DNA from: a virus
IMG/VR virus record: IMGVR_UViG_3300024999_000086
Location: 1 to 64,000 of that record
Length of the DNA: 64,000 bases
Strand: one strand, 5' to 3'
The position numbers were made by a program, and so were the translations under genes. Shown here piece by piece: positions 1-9,200 of the stretch. Position 1 is the first letter of the stretch; every line of letters begins with the position of its first letter. Under the pieces are notes generated by a model that was not told where the DNA came from, searched no databases, and was given only the letters and a program-made list of their open reading frames with translations.

Positions 1-1
1 G

Positions 2-415
2 GCTTTTGTCAAGCTTGTGCTGGAGACCCCGCAGTATTCCGGGACGATGGCGGCATCGTGGAACATGACCGTGAACCGGTCGAGTTTTAGGGTCTCCGGA
101 AACTTCCCGTTCCCGGACAATCCTTATCAGAAGGGGGACCTGCCGGCGGTGATGGAAGCGCTGTCCAATGCCCACGGGAAGTCACACTCGTTCAAGGACC
201 GGTTCGAGGCCCACGGTTGGACGATTCAGGTGGCCAACGGCGTGGACTACGCCATGGACGTGAATGAGGGCCGGGTCAAACTGCGGTCACAGTTTGGCCA
301 CAGCCCTGGGTTTGTTGAGCAGTTTATGATGCGGGTTGACGCCGCGGTGGCCAACACGGAATCGGAGTGGAACTACTACGCCAACACTGATTTTCTCGGG
401 GTAGGTGCGGCATGA
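2..415 (+). CDS. Tail completion/neck protein, HK97 gp10-like (5' truncated by window)
   Basis: Frame open from window edge; ETPQYSG..AASWN resembles the gp10-like TPxxTG..W motif; lies before tail terminator and tube genes. Confidence 0.55.
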   Translation, partial: AFVKLVLETPQYSGTMAASWNMTVNRSSFRVSGNFPFPDNPYQKGDLPAVMEALSNAHGKSHSFKDRFEAHGWTIQVANGVDYAMDVNEGRVKLRSQFGHSPGFVEQFMMRVDAAVANTESEWNYYANTDFLGVGAA

Positions 416-819
416 CCTTTGAAGAGTTGCGGGAGACAATCATCGACCTCTTCAAGACGGCACATGATGCCGCGTATCCGACGACCTTGGTCGATTACCC
501 GAATAAGCCCAAGGTCGACATCGAGACTCAGGTCGATCCCTGGGTCAAGGTCGAACTGGCGATCAACAACCAGCGGCAGTTGTGCCTGGGGAGTAACTTC
601 ACCCGGGTGAGTGGGTGGCTGTATGTCGTTGCCAATGTTCGGACCGGAGACGGGACGAAGTGGCAGACGCAGTACACTGATTTTTTGGATACCAATTTCA
701 GTGTGGAGGTGCTCGATGACATCACCTTCAGAGAGCTTGTCCCATTGCCAGGGGTGAGTTATCCGGCTTGGCACACGGTACGAAACGTGTTGCCATTCAC
801 TTTTGAAAAATACAATTAA
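412..819 (+). CDS. Putative tail terminator protein
   Basis: 135 aa, ATGA overlap with upstream gene, immediately precedes tail tube gene. Confidence 0.55.
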   Translation: MTFEELRETIIDLFKTAHDAAYPTTLVDYPNKPKVDIETQVDPWVKVELAINNQRQLCLGSNFTRVSGWLYVVANVRTGDGTKWQTQYTDFLDTNFSVEVLDDITFRELVPLPGVSYPAWHTVRNVLPFTFEKYN

Positions 820-830
820 CGGAGGGTCTT

Positions 831-2138
831 ATGCCTGCTTCTGCAAGTGCTGCTCAAATCCGGTATCTCGAGGAAACCGTCCGCGGGACGACTCCTACTG
901 GGAACCCGACTGAGCTCAGGGTTACTGGTGAATCCTTAAACCAGAGCATCGAGTCCGCCGCCAGCCAGGAGCTCCGCGATGACCGGATGACTCCTGACAG
1001 TATTCTGACTGGCGGCCAGGTTGGTGGAGCGCTAAACTTCGAGATGTCGTTTGAAACTTACGACCCATTTCTTGAAGCGCTGCTCGCCGGAACTTTTACC
1101 ACGATTGGAACGGATAGCACTGCCGAGATCTCGGATGCTACGCTTTCCTCGGTGGATAACAGCATCAACTCTGTGGCCGGGGATATCCCTCACACCTTGA
1201 TCTCCAAGGGGCAGTGGGTCCGGATCGCTTCCGCACGGACTGCTGCAAACGTGGGTATTTACCGGGCGTCGACGTCTACCGCGGCGACGGCGAATAAACT
1301 GATCTTCGAGACTGCGGTCAAGACGGTCACCACGGATGCCACTGCCCATATGACAACCATCTCTTCATCCAGGTTGAAGAATGGGGTTGCTGATCTGCGG
1401 ACGTTCTCGATCGAGAAAGAGTTCACTGACGTTGACCAGCACTTTATGTACACCAGTTGTGGCGTTGAGTCCGCCAGCTTTGACTTCTCGACAGGGTCGA
1501 TGCTGACTGGTTCGCTGAACTTCCTCGGACAGACCAGCGAGCGGGACACTGACACGATGTTTCCGTCCGGGCTGGGTTCGGTTGTTGCAGCGACGACTTC
1601 GCCGGTTATGAACTCTGTGCAGGGAACTACGGTTCTTCTGGATGGGGCTTCTCTCGGGGAGTCTTGTGCTGAGTCTTTTTCTCTGAACATCGGGACCGGG
1701 CTCCGAGGCATTCGGTGTCTGGGTAGCGGGCTCGGGTTCTCTGACCTGATCCAAGGCACCTTTGAGATCACAGCCAACCTCAACATCTTCTTCGGCGCGG
1801 ACTCCTCGGCATCTGTCTACGACAAGATGCTGTTGAACCAGTCGCTGTCGTTCTCGATCGCTGTGTCCGATGCGAATGGAAAGGGTTATGCCTTCAACAT
1901 CGATCGGGCGAAATTGACCAGCTCCGAGATTGTGGCCGGCGGGATCAACACCGACGTTATCATGAACTTGGGCCTGACGGCAACGATTGACACGGTCTCC
2001 AACGCGATGATTAGTATCGATCGCTTTGGTGACACCGGTCCGAGCAGTGTTGCCAGCGCCAGCCCGAGCTCCTCGGTCTCTTCGAGCCCAAGCTCCAGTG
2101 CCTCTTCGAGCGCTTCTTCCAGCCCAAGTGCTTCCTAA
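831..2138 (+). CDS. Major tail tube protein with Ser/Pro-rich C-terminal tag
   Basis: GGAGG RBS; tube-like motifs (LRVTGESL, SQELRDDR, FSIEKEFTD); position before chaperone/TMP; ends SSVASASPSSSVSSSPSSSASSSASSSPSAS. Confidence 0.85.
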   Translation: MPASASAAQIRYLEETVRGTTPTGNPTELRVTGESLNQSIESAASQELRDDRMTPDSILTGGQVGGALNFEMSFETYDPFLEALLAGTFTTIGTDSTAEISDATLSSVDNSINSVAGDIPHTLISKGQWVRIASARTAANVGIYRASTSTAATANKLIFETAVKTVTTDATAHMTTISSSRLKNGVADLRTFSIEKEFTDVDQHFMYTSCGVESASFDFSTGSMLTGSLNFLGQTSERDTDTMFPSGLGSVVAATTSPVMNSVQGTTVLLDGASLGESCAESFSLNIGTGLRGIRCLGSGLGFSDLIQGTFEITANLNIFFGADSSASVYDKMLLNQSLSFSIAVSDANGKGYAFNIDRAKLTSSEIVAGGINTDVIMNLGLTATIDTVSNAMISIDRFGDTGPSSVASASPSSSVSSSPSSSASSSASSSPSAS

Positions 2139-2154
2139 CAGCCAACCTCAGTGT

Positions 2155-2190
2155 AACCCCAAGAGGACGTCAGTCCTCTTGGGGTTTTTC
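2155..2190. terminator. Rho-independent terminator after tail tube gene
   Basis: Perfect 14-bp stem AACCCCAAGAGGAC-GTCA-GTCCTCTTGGGGTT followed by TTTC. Confidence 0.85.
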
Positions 2191-2346
2191 TTCGGCCATC
2201 TTCCCGAACAAATCGTGCCCTTCGATCAGTCTCTGGATCACTGCGGAGTTATTCAAGCCTGACTTGCTGCGGATCATTGCCAGTTTTCTCAGATGGAACG
2301 GAGTCAGGGTAATCTGCAGCATCTTGTTGCCTTTCTTAATCGCCAC
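2170..2346 (-). CDS. Small ribbon-helix-helix (CopG/Arc-like) protein, 58 aa, not in ORF track
   Basis: GAGG RBS + GTG; MAIKKGNKMLQITLTPFHLRKLAMIRSKSGLNNSAVIQRLIEGHDLFGKMAEEKPQED fits the strand-helix-G-helix RHH pattern. Confidence 0.7.
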   Translation of the reverse strand: MAIKKGNKMLQITLTPFHLRKLAMIRSKSGLNNSAVIQRLIEGHDLFGKMAEEKPQED

Positions 2347-2386
2347 GTTGTACCTCTTCAGTAAAAGTTAATAACCTAATGATCTT

Positions 2387-2438
2387 CTTATATACGATTC
2401 TGCTTGATATTGCAAGTTTCTTAGGGTATCTTTAAAAT
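2387..2438. promoter_or_regulatory. Divergent sigma70-like promoters sharing a palindromic -35 (TTGCAA, 2410-2415)
   Basis: + strand TTGCAA-17-TAAAAT (2433-2438); - strand TTGCAA-17-TATAAG (2392-2387). Confidence 0.55.
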
Positions 2439-2468
2439 AACTTTAAACCTTCTACAGGAGAACTAATT

Positions 2469-2879
2469 ATGCTGGACATCGACAAGGTATTCGGTTTTGA
2501 CAAGAAGATGGCTGAGGACGGCGTGAAGATGATTCTCGACGTCAAGGGGGAGCAGTTCTTTCTGGTGCGCCGGATACCCAATCCGGATTACGAGCGGCAA
2601 CTGGGCCAGGAGTATCGTCGGTGGGAAAAGGTCCTCAAGATGAAGACGCCGGAAGCCGAAGAACTTTCCCAGAAGCTGATGGCTGAGGTACTGGCCCGAA
2701 CCGTGCTGATCGGCTGGAGCGGGATTTCGAACAAAGGCAAGAAGCTGGAGTTCAACGTCGAGAACGCCACCAAGCTGATGCTTGAGTATCCGGCTCTGCG
2801 TTCTGCCGTGGTCGAGTTCGCTCAGGAGCCCAGCAACTATCGCCCAACTGACGACGTGGCCGAAGTAAAAAAGCCCTAA
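2469..2879 (+). CDS. Tail assembly chaperone (gpG-like)
   Basis: AGGAG RBS; lies between tube and TMP; ends GTA AAA AAG CCC TAA. Confidence 0.8.
   Translation: MLDIDKVFGFDKKMAEDGVKMILDVKGEQFFLVRRIPNPDYERQLGQEYRRWEKVLKMKTPEAEELSQKLMAEVLARTVLIGWSGISNKGKKLEFNVENATKLMLEYPALRSAVVEFAQEPSNYRPTDDVAEVKKP
2867..2873 (+). promoter_or_regulatory. -1 ribosomal frameshift slippery site A_AAA_AAG
   Basis: Canonical heptamer; -1 frame is open from 2870 to 3256. Confidence 0.85.
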
Positions 2880-3256
2880 TCCCCTACATTGATTGGTCTG
2901 TTGAGTGGGGGGAACATATAGCCGTGCTTGAGAATGTTGCCAAATCCGGCAGCATTCCTCAAGCACTTCGAAACCGTCCAACAGTGGAGTGGTGGCACAT
3001 TTCACTGGTACTGGACTTTTCCAGGCTTCACCAATCAAGAACTTATGGTATGTCAGGGGCTAATCCGCTTGACTTGCCTTCTATTATTGCCTACAATGAA
3101 GCAGTCAGTAAAGAACCAATGGAGTTCTTTATTGACATCATGCAGGAGTTGGACAGCACTTTTCTCAAAGCTGAGAGAAAAAAGGCAGAAAGAAAAGGCA
3201 AAACGACAAAAGTACCGAACTCTTCAAGTACCAAGGGTCGGAAACCTGGGCGGTAA
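2870..3256 (+). CDS. Frameshifted extension of tail chaperone (gpGT-like)
   Basis: -1 frame KALIPYIDWSVEWGEHIAV runs without a stop into the 2924..3256 ORF (..RPTVEWW..FSRLHQSR..NPLDL). Confidence 0.8.
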   Translation, partial: KALIPYIDWSVEWGEHIAVLENVAKSGSIPQALRNRPTVEWWHISLVLDFSRLHQSRTYGMSGANPLDLPSIIAYNEAVSKEPMEFFIDIMQELDSTFLKAERKKAERKGKTTKVPNSSSTKGRKPGR

Positions 3257-3259
3257 TTC

Positions 3260-6200
3260 ATGGGCCAGATAGATATCGGCGTTTCCGTTTCTCAGAGGGC
3301 CCTTCAGGACATTGACAAACTTGCTGCTGGTCTGCAGAAGACTGGTAAAATCACGGATAAAACCGCAGCCAGCTTCAAGGCCGGCAGCAAGACTATTTCC
3401 GAATTTCTTCAGCAAGTAAAAGCTCTTCAGACAGGGTTTTCTGGGGTACTCAAGATGCTCCAAGCTGGAGGAGCCGGGTTTTCTGAGTATTTGACTCAGG
3501 TTCAAAAAGCTACCCGAGAATCAGCAGCACTCCGATCAGAATTCAAAAAGCTCACAGTTGACGGTTTTTCATACAAAAAATCTCTTGATGGGGTTCTCTC
3601 AACCCAGTTAGAGTTAATTCTTAACCAGAAGGCTGAGACCATCGCGTTGGGGAACCTGAGTTCCCAGATGAGTAAAGCTGCGGCACTCCGGGCCAAGACT
3701 ATTGCGTTACTCGATGGGACTGCCCTGGCCTCCGCTAAGGTTGTGGCTGTTAAAGAAGCTGAGCTCGCCATTGCTGAGGCCACGACTGTTTCAATAGCTC
3801 GTGAAGTTTTGGCTATGAAATCTTTGGTGATTGCTGAAGCTCAGTTAACAGATTCACAACGTTTGGCAGCACTGGTAACGGCCGGGCTGGCAGTTGAATA
3901 TGATGCAGTAGCTGTAGCCACTGCAGCTCAAGCGAAGGCGGCGTTAGCAGCTGGGGCTGCTTCGGCAAAGAATGCTGCTCAGAATAAAGTTGAATCTCTG
4001 GGGCTGAGAGAATTATTTGATGCCAGGGTCAAGATGAATGTGGCTACCGCAGCATCGATTCGTGCCAGAGAGATGGAAAATGCTGTGGCAGCCAAGTCAG
4101 TTGCATCAAAGACTCAGTTATTTAATATAGAAGCAGAACTAGCCTATCTTCAGGGGGCAGAAGCAAAGGCAGTTGCTGCTACGACAATCACACTTGAGCG
4201 AAAACTGGCTGTTGAGAGGTATTTATTCGAGACCGAGGCTCAGGTAACCGCAGGGACAATCGGGTTGACTCGGGCCGTAATTGAACAGACTCGGGTAGAA
4301 GCAGCTAACCAAGCTGTGGCTTTGGGCCTCGCGGTTGCCTATGATGCCCAGACTGTGGCTTATCAAGCAGCAACCGGGGCGGTGAATGCTAATCTAGGTG
4401 CGCAGTATTCAGCGGCTAAGGCTGCCAGCACTAATGCAGTGGCAAACAGTCAGTCAGCGGCAGCGACGACCCAAGCAGGTCGGGCAGCCGCAGGGGCCTC
4501 AGGGGCCTTCACGACCTACGGGTCGGCTGTCAGAGGCGCGGCCGGCGCTATGAGCATGCTCTGGTTTGCCTATGGACAGTTGCTGCCGTTGATGGCTGCG
4601 TTTGCCGGGGTCCGGGCAGCGAAGGAAGCAATGAGCCTGGGCGTGGCCTTCGAGTATGCCACGACCTCCATCCAGTCGTTGTCCAAGGACGTTGAAGGGG
4701 CGTTGATGCCTCTTGACGAGATCCAGCAGCGGTTGATGGCAATGGAGGGGTTGCGTCATACGCCGACGGAACTCGCCGCGGGGATGCGGGAATTTGCCAA
4801 GGCTGGTGTGGCCCCGGCCGAGGCCCTGCGTGATCTGGCAACGATGAGCAAGTTTGCCACGATTGCTGATATGGAACTTGGGGAAGCAATCAAGGACGTG
4901 ATCGGGCTCACCTTGGCGTTCCAACCGACGATGAAAGCAGCGACTGGGAAGTTGTTCACTTTTGCAGATGCCGCAAATATGGTGGCTGCGGCCGCAATGC
5001 TGTCTATCACTGAAGTTGATGAGATGAGCAATGCATTCTCGCATGCGGCGGAACTTGGGATCGTTTCTAAGATGCGATTCGAGGAAGTTGCCGCATCTCT
5101 GGCGATTATGGCCAATGCCGGGATCAGAGGGACAAAAGCAGCAACATCTCTCAGGACTGGTATGCTGAAGTTGCAGACGGCCGGCGACCCTGTTCATAAG
5201 ATGTTTGAGAAGCTTGGTCGTAAGTTCAATGCTTTTAACGAAGATGGGAGTGTTAAGAACGTTGTTGAGACTTTCAAAGAGTTGAATAAGGCTTTGGCAG
5301 GGGTTGCTGACGAGAAGCGGATTGCGATTTTTACCAAACTCTTTACTGCCCGATCGATGAAGGCCGGGGCAGTGCTTTCTCAGCAGGTCAAGGAGCTCGA
5401 CGCATTTATTCTGAAGCTTCGTCAGGCTGCGGAAGGGGTTGGGTTCATTGAGGAAAAGTATCAGGATCTTGCGCATACAGCCAGGGCTGAACTCGATTAC
5501 TTGAAAGTTGCTCTGGAGAAAATGCTTCTCAAACCAGTCAATGTTGAAGGGTTGTCCGAAGCTATATCATCAATTAGAATGGTTGTTACTGATATCAGCC
5601 CAATATTTGCTGTTTTCGCTTCGGTTATCGGGGCTATTGGCCATGACTTCATTAATTTGATTGAGTTGGCAATAAGTTTTGTTAAACAACTGTGGGATTT
5701 GGTTGATGGTGGAATTTCGTTTGCAGAAGTTGTAGATTTGCTGAAGACCAGGTTTACTGACCTTGTAGGATTTATTTCAAATCTTAATATTGTAAATCTG
5801 TTTAGAGAACAGTTTTATTCAATTGATGTATTATTCATAAATTTAGGCGCGACAGCAAAAACAGCCGCTGTAACAATCCAAGGAGTTTTTGAGTCTTTGG
5901 GTTCTATGCTGATGGTTATCTTTGGTAGCGCAATCAATTGGGTCATTGACAAAATCTTCTACATTCCTGACGCGATCAATCGAATGATTACGATGATCGG
6001 TCAGGCGACGAAAGATATTCCACTGTTGTCAAGTTTTTATTCTCCGGCAATGTCGGCTATTGGGGATAACCTCACTCAAGCGGCCTCGGCAGTAAAAGAA
6101 GCCTTTAAGATTGATCTTTCTGCTGAGAATGCTCAACTCAAAGAGTCTGGGGATCTTTATGCTTCAAGGATTGCGGCTATCAAAGCGTCCACAGATGCCT

Positions 6201-9200
6201 TGTTGGCAGAAAAAGCGGCACATTATGAAGCTTCCATAGCGGTTGACCGACTGGCCTCTTCTTATGGTGTTCTAGCTGATCAACAGCAGAGACTCCCATC
6301 TTTGGGGAATCCAGCCGCGGGTGGAAATCTAGCATCAAAAACTCTGGGGTATTACTTTGGCGCAGGCTCTTCAGGTATGTCTCAAGGATCTGCAGAATCT
6401 CCAGACTGGTTGAAGGACAGCGAGCAAAAACTACTGGATAATCTGCTGCCAATGCGGAAGGCTCGGGAGGAGTATGAGAAAGGTGTAGAAGCAATTCTAG
6501 CCCTGCAAAAGAAGCTCGAAGGGACTGCACAGGCTATATCAAAGGCTGATGTTGGCACGATGATGAGTAACCTGGCAGCCAAAACTATTGGCGCTGGCAA
6601 AGCGTTTAAAGGTTCTGCTGAGAGTATTAGAGACTTTAATACTAGAGTCCGTGAAGCTTTTGGGGACACTTCTCAGTCGTATCTTTCTGAGTATCAAAAG
6701 TTACAGGAGAAGATATCAGACACATCTTCAAAGTTAAAGTCTGCTGCTGAGAAGGAGTTTGGTATTGGCACCCCTGAAACAGCTGAACGGATGAAGGTCA
6801 TTAACTCTGAGATGGTCAAAGCCTACGAGAATGCTGATAATCTTGAGAAGGTTGCTCTTGATGATTTCAGTAAAAAGATGGAGGAGGCTTTTGGTGATGC
6901 CTCTACTGGAAAGCTCTCTGCTTTTGATAAGATGATGGAGAAGATCGATGACACCGTTATTAAGATGGAGTCTGAGATCAAGAAAAAGTTTGAGGGAGAC
7001 GACAACGGTCTGGCCCGGATGAGAAAAGAGCTTGGGCTCTTAAAAACTGAAGCTCAGGAAACGGCTGAAGAACTCCGGAAATCAGATTTGAAGAATAACC
7101 TAGAGGAGATTGAAGCGGCTTTTGGCAATCATGCCCAGCGCAATATGTCAGAGTTTGACAAAGAACTGGCAAAGATTAATAAAACTTATACAGACCAGAA
7201 AGACGCGATTGCCAAGAAATACCCACTGGAACAGGCGACCAATGCCACGATTGAAGATCGAGCCGCAGCAATGGCAAAGCTTGATGAGCAGTATCAATTG
7301 GCAATCCAGAATTCTGACATCCTTATCAAAAAAAGTAATAACCTGTGGGACGGATTTGCTCTCGGGGTCAAGGACGCGATCGCAAGCACCAAGACTCTGG
7401 GGGAAGTCGGCTACGAAGTGGCTGGGGAACTGAAGAATGCTTTTCACGACACCTTCGTCGCCGCAATCAAAGGTGACTTCGAGAGCATCGGCGACCTTTG
7501 GGACAGCCTTCTTGACCGGATGCTGGACCTGTTCATCAATTGGATCGCTGATCTTATTGCTCGCTGGGCTATGGCCCAGATAGGCAACGTGATCATGGGC
7601 GCTTTCGGGAGCGGCGGAGGCAGCGGCTTTGGTGCAGTTCTTGGCTCCTTGGGGGCGGCTCTGGCTGGGAATCGGGGCGGCAGTAACGGTGGCGTTGGCG
7701 CAGTTGGTACACTGGGCACCGTAGCAGGCACCGGTTATCAGATGTACACTGGGGAGAGTCTTTCGGCTGCGATTGCCAAGGGGCTGTATAATTATGCCTT
7801 CCCGAGGTCAACCATTGCTCCATACACTCCAGGGTCAGGGCAACCGTTGGGCAGTACAGGTTCTCCTTCTGGGGCTTCTCCAGGAGCAGCTAGCGCTTGG
7901 CAGACGAGTCAGAATACCTATGGAGTTTTGTCTTCACAGGCGGGGTCTCTGGCGCCTCAGGCGACCACGGCGCTGGGTTGGACCTATGGGGCAACCCCGA
8001 CTGTGGCCAGCCAAGTGGCCCAGTATGGTTCCTATGGCGTACTGCAATCTCAAGCTGCTGCGCCTGTAGCTCAGTCAGCAGCCCCCGCGGCGTCAAGTTT
8101 CAGCTCCTACGCAGGCATTATCGGGGCAGTTGTTTCCATGGCAATCATGGCGTACAGCAGTCAGAAAAAGAAGATGATGCCGGACGAAGCCGACATGTTC
8201 AACAAGGCTGGGTTCCGGCCGGAGACCTTTGCTTCGCTGATCGGTAACGAATTTCAGAAGACGGTCATCCCTTATTTCGGAGAGACGAATGCGAAATGGG
8301 ACCAAGCCTCGAATTCACTGATCATGCTGGCAGACGCCGATAAAGCAAAGTCCGCCCGGGAGGATAACTATTTCAAAAAAGACCCCTATGTGACGCCCGG
8401 TGCCCTTGGTATGCAGTGGGATGAGACTGCTCCTACTTGGAAAAAGAGTAACTCGGCAATACGAGAAGCGCTGCAGTTGTTGTTTGATGATGCTCAGTCT
8501 TTGGAGCGCATGGCGCTTAATATTGGGAAGCCAGAGACATTTGAGGAATTTGCGGTAGCCCTCGAGAAGCTGAATGTCGCTATTGACCCGTCTACGGCCG
8601 AAGGGCTGTGGGAGTGGGCCGAGGCCTCGACTCCGTCCTTTGACAAGATGAAAAAGTCTTTGACGGACCTTAACCTGAGCAGTGGTGAAATGCATCGAGC
8701 ACTGATCCTGCTCGAAGATGCAGCCGGCTCGGCGTCAGGTTCCTCTGAAGAACTCGAGAAGTATTTGCGATCGCTGGGAAAAACACAAGAAGAAGTGTCC
8801 CAAGTTATGGCCGATTACACCGGATCGGCAATCAGCAGGATGAGGGCTGCCGGGGAAGAATACCTGGCGGCTACAAATCCGGTGCTTTATTCTTTGTCTA
8901 TGATTTCTCAGCAGATGCAGGAAGTCTATACTGACACTTCGATGCTGACCAGCGCCGTGGGCGTGTTTGGGGACGAAGCCAACACAGCGAGCAATGCAAT
9001 CTACACGTTGAACTCCGTAATGGGGTCTTTGGACTATTCTCTGCAGGATTTGGATTCCTCGGCTACTCAGGCGGGGAATGCCATCGGCGACGCCGCCTAC
9101 GATATTCAAGCAGCGCTTCGCGTGATCACTGAGGGCAGCATATCGACCGGCACCACTGGGGTCGGGACTGCTGAAGGTTCGGCTACAGGAGGACTTCTCC

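Noticed and set aside
4499-5476. Long antisense ORFs opposite the TMP (also opposite polA, helicase and primase, e.g. 39196-40050, 48714-49838)
   Set aside because: They fully overlap well-supported genes, show no recognisable motifs, and are expected from codon bias.
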